Below are positions 27,985 to 40,170 of a stretch of DNA of 64,000 bases, one piece after another. The DNA lies in contig NC_043006.1 of assembly GCF_006345805.1 (NCBI RefSeq), positions 23,870,001 through 23,934,000 of the forward strand, given 5' to 3'. Each line of letters begins with the position of its first letter. The stretch's first letter is position 1. This DNA comes from Octopus sinensis (lineage: Eukaryota). The notes beneath the pieces are model-generated. The model was given only the letters and a program-made list of their open reading frames with translations, made no database searches and was not told the origin of the DNA. Both the position numbers and the translations under genes were made by a program.

Positions 27985-29322
27985 CATCATCATCGTTGTT
28001 TAACATCTGCTTTCCATGCTGGCATGGGTCGGTTGGTTTGACTGAAGACTGGCAAACCGAGAAGCTGCACCTGGCTCCAAATTGATTTGGCAAGGTTTTT
28101 ACAGCTGGATGTCCTTCCTAATGCCAACCACTCTGAGAATGTAGTGAGTGCTTTTTACATGCCACCGGCACAAGTGCCAGCCAGGTGGCACTGGCATCGG
28201 TCACATTCAAAGGCACAAGGCCAGAAATGGTGGGGGAGGGGACTGGTCAGTTACATCAACCCTCAATGTTTCACTGGTACTTAATTTACTGACCCCGAAA
28301 GGATGAAAGACAAAGTCAACTTTAGTGGAATTTCAACTCAGAACTTAGCGACAGGTGAAATACCACTAAGCATTTCATCCAGTATGCTAACGATTCTGCC
28401 ACCTCGCCACCTTAACAATAACAACAATAATAATCCTGTTCTATATTTAAGAGACGAGGAATTATGTACATTATTTACATTGTAGTAAAGATTGTTTGCC
28501 AACATAACATGGCAGTCCTGGTGTAGGACCAATGCTGCTGTAATTTAGCCCCAGGAGATATCGTCTCCAGCTGGCTATACAACATGATCTGGTTCTGCCA
28601 GCTCGCCACCCTAATAACGATGACAATAAAAGTAATAGTAATAATAATAATAATAATAAATGACCTGATGCAGTACCAGATAGTGGCTCTCATGACTGCT
28701 TATCTTAACTGCTTGGAAGTTTTATCATGTTCATTGTCTTGTCTTGGTATAACAGATGGGCTACAGTAAATATTCTGCTCAACACCACAGATTTGCTATT
28801 CAGTTGTTTGACCATAACCAGTTGAGCATGTCCCTTAGTGGCTGACGATATGTGCATCTCTGATTGTGAGCAGAAGTAGTGGGGGAGCATCGTTGCCATG
28901 TGTTGAGAGGAATTCTTTGGGGTTTGGATAATTCACCTTAAACAACCCTTATGATGCCAGTGCCCACTAACTGGCTACATGCCGGTGGCACATAAAATGC
29001 ACTATTCGAAAGTGATTGCTGCCAGGGTTGCCTGACTGGCCCTCATGCCAGTGGTATGTAAAAAGCACCCACTACACTGTCAGAGTGGTTAGCATTAGGA
29101 AGGGCATCCAGCTGTAGAAACCTTGCCAGATCAGATTGGAGCCTGTTGCAGCTACTGGCTCTCCAGACCCCAGTCAAAATATCCAACTCATGCTAACATG
29201 GAAAACGGAAGTTAAGCAATGATGATGATGACGACGATGATTTCTTAATTCTGGAGTCCGATCAGAATTTCACTACTTGCAACAAGAATTTGATTAATTG
29301 AAGAGGAAAGGGAGGGACTCAC

Positions 29323-29520
29323 CTGGTTCTCGGCATGCAAGTCATGCATTATACCATACAACTTAGTGTCCAGCTCCTGTGGAGACATAGACTGGCATTC
29401 CTTCATTACACTTACACGTAACTCATTCAGCTCTTGCTTGTGCTTGAGCTCGAGGTCAGAACGTACCTGCTGAAGATTCTCGATAAACATTCGGTCATTT
29501 TCTGCCTTTACGGATTCCAA
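29323..29520 (-). CDS. AKAP9: AKAP9/pericentrin-like exon (LESVKAENDRMF...HAENQ, 66 codons)
   Basis: Acceptor gtgttttcag| and donor CAG|gtgagt, phase 0/0. Coiled-coil composition. Confidence 0.88.
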
Positions 29521-29559
29521 CTGAAAACACAATGAAATAAGTCAATTTATTCAGAGATA

Positions 29560-29762
29560 ATATATATCTCTATGTTTAAGAGATGAGGAATTATTTACAT
29601 TATTTACATTTGACGGATATTTGTCCTCATCTTGCTTGTTGTTAACACGTTTCGGCTGATATACCCTCTAGCCTTCATCAGGCGTCTTGGGGAAATTTCA
29701 AACCTAGGTTCTATTTCCTAAGGTATTTTTCGATGTTATTATTGTTATAATAATTATTATCA
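29560..29762 (-). mobile_element. Second copy of the hammerhead-bearing tail (no tRNA head)
   Basis: The reverse complement matches 24055..24224 and includes CTGATGA-AGGCTA...CAGCC-GAAACG at 29648..29681. A 3' stub of the same family is at about 28437..28482. Confidence 0.75.
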
Positions 29763-29764
29763 TT

Positions 29765-32066
29765 GAGGAAAGCATGGTAGTTCGCACACATGCATCGTAC
29801 AATCTACCTTTCACTCTGAGCGAGAGACCCTTTGTCACTTGTAGGGGTAGAAGCTTTCTGAACTTTGCCCAGGCTATTCTTATTCTAGTGGTAACACTCT
29901 CTGAGCATCCACCCCAAACTCACTTGGTCACCTAGGTAGTGGAAGCTATCAACTACTTCTAGTTTCTCCCCCTGGAGTGTGATGGAATCTGTTTTCTGAA
30001 CATCTGTGGTGTTTATTGCACCTGTGCATCTGCCACACATGAATGCTATCTTCTCAGTTAATCTTCCTTTGATGTTGTTGCACCTCTTATGTGTCCATAG
30101 CTTACACTGGGTACATCTTATGGAGTTTCTACGTACACCTTTTCTACAAATTGAGCAGAGTCGCCTACTTGAGAGTAATGTGTTCACCTTCCAACTTACT
30201 TGGTCTTTGCTACATTGACTCTAAGGCCTTTTGATTATAAACCTTGCTTCCACAACCAAAATTTCTCCTCTAGTTCTGGCAGTGATTCTGCTATGACGGC
30301 CAAGTCATTAGCATAGAGAAGCTCCCAGGGGCAACCTGTCTTGAATTTCTCTGTTATTGCCTGGAGGACTATGATGAATAACAAGGGACTGAGGACTGAA
30401 CCTTGGTGGACCCCTACTTCTACCCGGAATTCTTCACTATACTCATTGCCAATCCTAACCTTACTAACAGCCTTTCTGTACAGGGACTGTACAGCCCTTA
30501 TTAAACATGCATCAATCCCCAGTTTCCGCATCACCCACCAGATAAGGGATCGGGGGACCCTGTCAAAGGCTTTCTCCAAGTCCACAAAAGCTAAGTAGAG
30601 GGGTTTATCTTTAGCTAGGTATTTCTCCTGTAGTTGTCAAACCAGGAATATGGCATCAGTAGTGCTTCTACCCAGCACAAAACCAAACTGCATCTCATCT
30701 AAGCAGACTCTCTCCCTAATGAGATGGGCTTTGACCCTCTCCATGACCTTCATCACCTGATCCAGCAGTTTGATACCCCTGTAGTTATTTCTATCTAGAG
30801 CATCAGCTTTACCCTTGTAGCAGTTGACTATGGTGCTGCTACGCCAGTCGTTGGGTATGACTCCATCATGAACTACTTGCTTTACAATGTAGGTGACTAG
30901 GCCATAGCCCACACCACCAGATGATTTAAGCATCTCAGCAGTGATTCCTGGCTTCATACCCTTAATTGCTTTATCTACTAGGGAGCTGTCTATATGGATA
31001 GCTGGTCCCTCTGCTGGGTCAACATTTGGCAGGCCCTCCTTCTCCCAGTCATTCTCCAAATTCAGTAGCCTTTCATAATGGCTTCTCCAAGCTTCTTTCT
31101 TTTCCGAATCATTAAAAGCAAGTGTATCATCATCCATGTGGACACATTTCTCTCCTGTGATGTCACAATTTTCTCTCACACACTGCAATCTGAATACCTC
31201 AGTTCTTTGGTCCTCACGTCGCTGGACATTGGCAAACTTCTTTTCTGCTTCGCTTTTGGCTATGTATACCTGCCACCCAGCCTCCCTTTTGGCGACCTGG
31301 TACAGTTCCATGCTACCCCACCCTTCCAGGCTTTCCAGGCTTGTTCCTTTGCTCTAATGGCTTTGTCTACAGTACTATTCCACCACAACATAACTTTAAC
31401 CCTTTAGTGTTCAGATTACTCTGTTAAATGTAATACTTTTTCACTCAAATTGTTTTGAATTAATCCTGGATCATCTTACAGCTTTAAGGTTTCAATGATG
31501 TGATTACTTATTTTTAGAATGGCATTGTAGGGTAGGTGTGAGAGGCTAGACATCGCCAGTTTGAATATAAAACATGTAGAATATATTGGGCCAGATTTGG
31601 CCAGTTTAAACACTAAAGGGTTAAGTCTGGAAGGGACTTTGCACCATCCGCAGACTTTGTCTGTGGCACTCAGCCAGCTGTCCCATAGGAATTTCAAGCT
31701 ACCTTCTATGTCTAATGTCTGTAGCTCCTCCTCCTTCTCATCAAATTTCTTGTTGAGGATGTCCCTAAATCTCTGACTATGTGAAGGGTTCTTTAGCTTC
31801 CAAATCTGACTATGTGAAGGGTTCTTTAGCTTCCAAATCCTAATTTGGATTGGTCTGCTTCTTGGTATCCTTCTGGTCTTGAGCCTAAGTAACCAATGAC
31901 TAGCCTATGCTGGGGGTACATTCTTCACCCGGGAGGGTCTTTGTATTTAAGAGCAACCCTGTGTCCCGCTGTCTGGTGAGGATGAAATCAATCTGGCTAG
32001 CAGAGTCGCCTGATTAATGGTTTATGAAGTGGCTGTCTGATTTCCTGAAGTTAGCGTTGCAGATTA
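29765..32066 (-). mobile_element. Decayed RTE-clade LINE (end of APE endonuclease, RT, PHD-like finger)
   Basis: Motifs SQIDFIL and QHRLVI (APE); NYRGIKLL, QFGF, DLEKAFD, GVHQGSVLSPLLF and YAND (RT); CSIC...CTQCKLWTHKRC...CGRC. Contains stops and frameshifts and is interrupted by a MITE. Confidence 0.92.
31400..31620. mobile_element. piggyBac-type MITE nested in the RTE LINE
   Basis: TTAA at 31396 and 31621. Excising it rejoins the LINE frame as PSRLKVMLWWNST. Confidence 0.9.
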
Positions 32067-32325
32067 AAATCACACACACACACACATGACAGGCTTCTTT
32101 CAGTTTCAGTCTACCAAATCCACTCACAAGACTTTAGTCGTCCCAAGGCTATAGTAGAAGACACTTGCCCAAGGTGCCACGCAATGTGACTGAACCTGGA
32201 ACCATGTGGTTGGTTAGCAAGCTTCTTACCACACAGCCACTCCTGTGCCTATAATGTTAATAAATTTATAATACATCAATCACATATCTCTATTTTCTTT
32301 TCATCTTTCTATATTCAAAATATAC

Positions 32326-32406
32326 CTTCTTCAGTTGTGATAAATTCTTCTCTACAATATTGTTGTATTGAACTGAAGAACCAGTGGAAAATTGAATGCT
32401 TTCCAT
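32326..32406 (-). CDS. Candidate alternative first coding exon (MESIQFSTGSSVQYNNIVEKNLSQLKK)
   Basis: ATG in GGGATGG context, 27 open codons, donor AAG|gtatat in phase 0, matching the next acceptor at 29520. Confidence 0.45.
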
Positions 32407-32441
32407 CCCTTTAAAGGAAACTGTTTTTCCTTGGATTGAAA

Positions 32442-32498
<57 letters not shown>

Positions 32499-32878
32499 GA
32501 ATCTTGCAGACATGAAGTAGATTTGATCCACCATGGCCAAATTTAAATTAACACCTCAACAAAACTTTTCACACGGTAAAACTATAGTTTTTCTGTGACA
32601 GCAGCTTTACATTTACCAGATTGCCTTAGCTAGGCCGAAATAATGTCTTCACCACTTGACCTTTCTAACCTCTTCTATTTCACCAAAAGGTAGAATTAAG
32701 ATAACAAGACCACCAACTAAATCTAGACAGACAAATATAACAAAATAATTTGATAAAAAATGTGAATTTTTAATTATTTTCTGAGATTTTACAAAAACAA
32801 CAAAAATATTTTATATGCCTATCTTTCTGGATAGTTATAAAAGCAAGAACCCCCAAGCAAAAATCAGTGGTCATTTGG

Positions 32879-32909
32879 TGACGTCTCAACCAGTTAGTCA
32901 CTTGGTAAC
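32879..32909. promoter_or_regulatory. CRE-like TGACGTCT and RFX X-box-like GTCACTTGGTAAC
   Basis: Both motifs sit in non-repetitive sequence about 480 bp upstream (minus strand) of the candidate alternative ATG. Confidence 0.35.
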
Positions 32910-33983
32910 AACTCCTGAGTTGAGAGAGAGAGCTGACATCAGTTAGTGAACCGACCACTAGAATCATGGAAGCAGACAGACAAACGGCCAGAGGGAAAAA
33001 GAAAGACAACGTCCCACACACTCTCACTAGCTCTAATTCTGTTCTCGTACAACATCATTCTATCTCTCTCTCTGTAATTACTACTAAACAATGATGAGAA
33101 CACAAACACAAACTATGCAAGGAAAATCTATATCTATATTTACTTCGCATGCACTAGGATTTTATCACCTGCCCGTCAAGGCAAGGTATTACATTCAATG
33201 TAACAGAAAATAAATATTTCCTTCCAACTTGATGCACTGTTCATCTTTCACATCTTACAACATGCCGTTGCAAATAAATTTCAACCTTCATCAAACAAAT
33301 CTTCAACCATTACATATATATCATCATCATCATCGTTTAACGTCCGTTTTCCGCGCTAGCACGGGTTGTGGGCACAGGACTTCTTGAAATGTGTACAACA
33401 AAAAGTACGAAGCACGAGTACATGGAACATGAACTATTCTTTTGAACAATGAAAGACACAAATGGAAAACAAAACAAACAACATAAAGACGACCTTTCAT
33501 CAGTTGTTGGCTGTTTTTTAGACTTGTATTGCGAGCATTTAACCACAATATACGCTTTTGATAAAACAGTTGCTCCCGCAAAGCAAATTAAATAAAATTT
33601 GGGATTTTGCGGAGGGTCAAAATAGGTAACACAAACAGGACAGCGAAAACAAACAGGAAGGGCTGCTAAGCCTAAACGTATATACACACACACACACACG
33701 ATGGAATTTTTTTTAGTTTCTGTCCACTAAATCTGCTGACATGGCTTTGGTTGGCTCAGGGCTTTAACAAAAGACACTTGCCCAAGGTGCTGTGCACTAG
33801 GATTGAATCCAAGACCACATGATTAGAAAGCAAGCATCTCAACCACACAGCCATGCCTATGAATGAAAAAAATAAATGAATAAATAAAAGTCAGAATGGT
33901 CATGGATGGACTCTTTACAATTGATCAATGACTTGCTTAAACAGGGCCAACTTAGAAACAAACAATGGAATGGATCAGCTTAC

Positions 33984-36826
33984 CTTCAAACAGTATCTCT
34001 GTTCAACTTCCTTCTCAAAGTTTTCCTTCTCCTCAGCTAACTCAGACAGAATGTTCAGGCGAACATACTTCAACTCCATTTCATATTTCTCAGCCATCAT
34101 CTCTAACTGCTCTTTGTAGTTTTCCAAAGTATCCACAGCACTGAGGCTGGTCTCAGTTCCATTAACAAAGGTGTTGCCACTGCCTTCACCTTTGCTACTG
34201 CCAACAGTGGTACCACACTCTTCTCTGAATTTCTCTAAAGGCACTTCAACACTCTGACGTTTCGCAGTGTGGCTCCCTAAATCCTTGGATACAAAACTTT
34301 CCGGAACACGAGGGTTTGCTTCACATGTCTGTACAACTGAAGCCTGTAGACAACTTAGTCGTAGTTCTTGTTGATGCGGTTGTAGATCATCATTGTCCCA
34401 TCGTAAACCCTCGTTTTCAAAACCTTTCCTTTCCTCTGACTGCAAATCCTCATTTTCAAAACCCTTCTTTTCCTTTGACTGCAAACCCTGGTTCTCAGCC
34501 ACCAAATCAATTTTAGAAACCTGCTGTTCTTCTTTCAGTTGTAAACTTGTATTTTCTTGTAACAAAAAGTTTTTCTCTTGCTGTAGATTCGTGTTCTTTT
34601 GCAACAGGGTATCTTTCTCTCGTTGTAAATTTTCGCACTCTTGTTGTAGACTTTCTTTCTCTTGCAGCCAGCTATTCTTTTCCAGTTGCAAATCTTGCAA
34701 ATCAATTATCTCTTGTTGCAAACTTCCTCTCTCCTGCGGCATGCCATCCTTTCCATGTTGCAAACTATTGTTCTTGTCTCTGAAATTCTCCGTTTCATAT
34801 TGCAGCTCCTCCTTTTGATGTTGCAATCCTAAGTTTTCATGATGCAATTGTTCTATCGTTTTTTGAAAATCATTCATTTCATGTCGCAGTCTTTCATTCT
34901 CTGGTTGCAATCTTTCGTTCTCCTGTTGCAAACGCCCTCTCTCCTGTTGCAAACGCCCTCTCTCCTGTTGCAAACCATTCTTTTCCTGCTGTGAGTTCTC
35001 AAGGTCAGCAGACAAACTTCTGATTTTATTACAAAGTTCAGTTTTCTCAATTGACCAAAGTTCTTTGAAACTTTCCAGCTCATCATTGGCTTTACCTAAC
35101 ACCTGAGATACTGCTTCTCTCGATGCCAAAAGCTGTGCTTCACCAGAACCACTGCTACGAGAAAGCTCTTCAATTTTAACCAATAAGGACTCCTTCATTG
35201 CCAAAAGTTCTTGAACTTCTTTATTCATGCTCGCTTTTTCAGAAGAGGCATTCGATTCTACTTCAAGCAATGACTTCTCTAAATCTGCTATTGTTTTCAA
35301 AGATGCTTCCTTACTTTCTTCAAATTCTTTCTTCATTTGAACAAATTCTTCACTCTGAACCTTAAAATGATCTTCCAACGCTAAATGCTCTTCATTTAGT
35401 TTATGCAATTTCTCTTGGTTATCCAACAAACTCTGAACTGTTTGGTCATAGACATTTTGAAGATGGTTTTTGTCAGACTCCAATGCCTCCATTTCAGTTT
35501 TCAAATTCTCATTCATTTTTTGAATGGCTTCCTTTTCTTTTGTATGAAATTCTTCAAGTTCTTGTAATAATTTATTCTTTTCTTCTGCCACTTTAGATAA
35601 ATCCTCGTTCACAGATATCAATTGTTTTTTCTCAGATTCTATTTTATCTAAACTCTGCTTCAACTCAGTATAATCACATTCCAAAGCTGAGTAATTAGAC
35701 TTCAATTCCTCAAAGCTACTCTCGAGTGTTTTCTTGTCCAGTGTCACTTTCTCCAGTTCTTGCTGATAGCTTTCATTTACAGATTTAAGTTTTGCAATTT
35801 CATTTTCAAACTTCTCAATTTTAGAATTACTTTCTTCAAAATTCACTTTTGCATGTTTTCCAGTCTCTAGAAGAGAAGATATTTGTAATTTGAGCTTTTC
35901 AATCTCTTCAGCCTGAGAATCAGACTGCTGAGTCAAATGAATCGCCAATTCCTTTTCTTCATCAAGCTGTTGTGTCAAACGAATCGCCAATTCTTTCTCC
36001 TCTTCAAGCTGCTGAGTCAAACGAATCGCCAATTCCTTTTCTTCGTCAAGCTGGTGTGTCAAATTTCTAACACATTCATCTTTTCCCTGAACTTTTCCTT
36101 CAAATTCCTCAATACTCTTTCTCAAAGTTGCAAGATCTTTTGAACTGCTCTGTTTTAAGCTGGTCAATTCTTCAGTCAGTTGGCTGACTTCTTGCTGGCG
36201 CTGAACCAAGAGTGTATCCATTTCAGCAAAACGTTCCTTTGTTGATTCAGTCACCTGTAGTGACTCAACTACACACTTCAGCCTCTCAACCTCCAAATCT
36301 TTAGCTTTGCAATTATTCCCAGCTGCTACCAAATTTTGACTCAATGATTGCTTTTCTGCCTCCAAAGCACTGACCGTTTCCTGGTACAGAGAAATCTCGT
36401 TAGCTCTTTCGTTCATTATCTTATCGGCCTCCTCTTTCTCATGAATGCGAAATTCAGCCAAAGATTTATTCTCTGACTCTAGCCGAAGTAAGTTCTCTTT
36501 GTGTTTTGTCACCTTTGAAGACATTTCATTGACAACTGCCTCAACTTTTACCAAATCTTCATCATTTGACATGGTGCTCAAGTTCAATCCCTCAGTATCT
36601 TCTCCAATCACCAATTTGACAAGGGAAGCAATTTTCGAAAACTGCTCTCCTAACGAGGCATTCCATTGGTTGAGTGTGTCTTTCTCTCTTGTTAATGATT
36701 GATTGGTCAGTTTAGTTTCCTCGAATCTTGCACTCAACTCAGAAACTTGAAGGTTCACTTCTTCTAAATGGGTATGCTGGTCAGCCATTTTCTTCATCTG
36801 TTGAGAATTATTCTCTTCCAGCTCAG
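33984..36826 (-). CDS. AKAP9: AKAP9/pericentrin-like giant coiled-coil exon (2843 nt)
   Basis: Acceptor ttttatccag|CT (phase 1, completing Ala from the previous exon) and donor AAG|gtaagc (phase 0). Lies within the 985-aa ORF 33975..36932. Confidence 0.92.
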
Positions 36827-37396
36827 CTGGATAAAAGAAAAACATGGAAAGAGAAAAATTAGCATATTTTTTAAATGAATAGAAAGTGGTACATACATCA
36901 AGTATGTCAATGGTTGACAGAGTATTGGTCAACCAAACAAGTGGTCAATGGTTTATGTCCTTCTACTAGCAACATCTCTCAAATATCATCAAATCACTTA
37001 ACCCTTTCGTTACCAAACTGGCTGAAACCACCTCTGGCTCTGTAGTATAAATGCCTTGTTTTCAAAAGTTCTGAATTAAAATCTTCCACCAAACCTTAGT
37101 CACAATTTATGTTCCTAACACTAGCTTAATGATACCTAAGTTATTTTATTAAATTCTTTGTTATACTTAAAATAATTAAAAGAAACATAAAATAAATACA
37201 GTAAAGTGTTAACACCCAATGGTGCAGTACATTTAGGTCAGTACCAAGTCCCAAGTTGGTACAAGTCTTAAGAAATCAGTACCAAGTCCCCTGTCCAAGT
37301 TGCTACCAAGTCCCTTTGAGTCAAATACAGAGCCTTTCCCAGTCGAGTAGCAGGCCCCTCCGAGTCACACACTTGGACAAATACACACACACGCAT

Positions 37397-37433
<37 letters not shown>

Positions 37434-37574
37434 AGGCTTATTTCAGTTACTATCTATTAAATCCACTCACATGGCTGTGGAGGGCCCAGGACAATAGTAG
37501 ACCACATAATTCGGAAGTAAACCACACCTCAACACCTGCAGCAAAGCAAAAGAGAAAAACCATATAACCCTCAC

Positions 37575-38739
37575 CAATTTGGTTCCGTAATGCAGCAATG
37601 TCTTCATTAAGTTCCACCACTTCCATGGCAGCAAGTTTCAATGTTTCTTTTTTCTCATCTTCCATGGATGCCATCTGCTGCTGCAATGCAGTAATTTCTT
37701 CTTGGGAGGATGCCAATTTTTCAAGGAGATTGAGCTCGTTCTGCTTCTGTTCTTCTGCTTCAGTGCCATGTCTATTGAGCTTATCATTGAAGTCTACAGT
37801 TTCCTGTCGAGACACTGACAGTTCTTGTTCCAGTGTTCGACGCATGTTCTCCAAGTTCATTATCTCTTGGTGACTGGACTCCAGCCGTTCGGTCAAGTCT
37901 TGAACATCTCTGTCCTTCTCCTGCAGACATGCATTTAGTGCTTCTTTCTCACTTTTCAAAACTGCTACATTCTGTGTCAAAGACATTTCTGATTCTTTTA
38001 CCGAACCAAAAGAAACTTCAAGATCTTTCAGGCAAGCAGTTAAATTTGAATTCTTCTCTTGAAGAGAGTTTATTTCAGTCTCATAGTGTTCCAGTTTGGT
38101 AATCAGCTCGCTTGTTTTACTTTCCGACGCCTGGCATTTCTCGTCAAGCTCTTCTTTCACAGCCAACAAAGAATCAAATTTGGTCTTTGTTTGGAAAACT
38201 TCCTCCGAGAGGAGCTTGTTTTCAGCAGACAAGTCTTCAATCTTCAGTTGAAGAGTCTCAGCATTCGACAAAAGTTCCTTATTTTCTGCCAACACTGAGT
38301 TTGCTCCCAAGTTCTCATTTATGGCAACTGCATTTGGAGATGGTATTTCACTGTTGTTAGAAGCCAACTCAAAGGGTTCTCCTAAATTTACTTGACAAGC
38401 AAAATCGCGATCCAGATCTGACCGCTGGAAGGAGTCAGTTTTAATGTTCTTCAAGAACACCTGAGTGATGCAAGTGATCTTTAAGAGTAACCGGTTTAAT
38501 TCTTCACAACTACTACTACTACTACTATTACTACTAGTAGTAGTAGTAGCAGTACTATTGTCACTAGTGTTATCACTTGATTGATACAAAAATATACATT
38601 TTTCAATTAGTCTGTGAAATTCTTCAAGTTGCTTTCTAGGAAAATATTCCGGTAAATTCTCTGAGGTCAATTCCATTTCTGCGACAGTTCCTTCTGCTGT
38701 AGACTCCAAGTGGCTTCCACTGCTAGCACTTTCATTAAC
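37575..38739 (-). CDS. AKAP9: AKAP9/pericentrin-like large coiled-coil exon (1165 nt)
   Basis: Acceptor ttttttccag|GTT and donor ATTG|gtgagg, phase 0/1. E/L/K/Q-rich heptads; overlaps ORF 37450..38709. Confidence 0.9.
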
Positions 38740-40109
38740 CTGGAAAAAAAGGGGGAAAAAAATAAATGAATAAATAAATAAATAAGAATTTCAAATTTTT
38801 GACACAAACCAAGCAATTTTAGTGGGGGGGGGGGGTATAAGTTGATTACCTTGCCTTCAGTGTTTGGTACTTCTTTCATCAACTCCGAAAGAAGGAAAGG
38901 CCAAAGTCATCCACGGTTGAATTTGAAATCAGAGCATGTAGATAGTATATAATATCACTATGTATTTTGTCTGGTGTCCTAACAATTCTGGCAACTCATC
39001 ATCAATCATCATTTAACGTCCGCTTTCCATGCTGGCATGGGTTGGACAGTCTGACTGAAAACTAGTAAGCTGGTGTGGGGAAGAGCTGCACTGGGTTCCG
39101 ATCTGACTTGGCAAGGTTTCTATGGCTGGATGCCCTTCCTAATGCCAACCACTCCGAGAGTGTAGTGGGTGTTCTTAATAATAATAATTTCAAATTTTGG
39201 CACAAGGCCAGCAGTTTTGGGGAGGGGTAAGTCAATTACATTGACCCCTAATGCTCAGCTAATATTTATTTTATCAACCCCCAAAAAGAATGAAAGGCAA
39301 AGTCGACCTCAGCAAGATTTGAACTCGGAATATAAAGAGCTGGAACAAATACCACCAAACATTCTTCCCAATGTTCTAACAATTCTGCCAGCTCACTACC
39401 CTCAATAATAATCCTTTCTACTAAAGGTACAAAGCCCGAAATTATAGGGGAGGGGAACTAGTCAATTACATCAACCCCAGTATTTCACTGGTACTTAATT
39501 TATCAACCCCAAAAGAACACAAAACACAACTTGGTCTGGTCTAAAAACCGAAACCATGATCTTGTAATCATGAGTGCCACACCCTCACGACTGCACCACC
39601 CATGCACCCTCACAATAACATCATTGCATCTCCAAAAAATGCTTTGATAAAATGTAGTCTGGAATGCAATGTGTCTGAAGAAAAAAATGGGTGGATTCCT
39701 CTTTCACTCTTTTATTTGTTTCAGCCTTTCAGTCAAGCGATGTTGGGGGGACAAACACAGACACACAAAAATATACACACACAAATATATACACACACAA
39801 ATATATATTTCAATATGGGGCAAATAACTCAGGAGAAAATATTTGTGAAGATATCCATTGACTCTATTAATTATCTAGTGTAACAATTTAAAAATGATAA
39901 TAACAAAATCAATAATATGGGCGGTTACAGGCTCAAAAAAAAAAAAAAGAAGCATTAAATAGCTGAAAGATTAAAATTAATCATAGGACATACTAAGTAT
40001 GTTTACCCGCTGGAAATAACAGTCAAAACTCTTATTTAAATCACCAAAATACACTGATAATAAACTACAGAAATCTTAGCATGTTCTTTGATTAATTTAA
40101 ATTCTTCAG

Positions 40110-40170
<61 letters not shown>

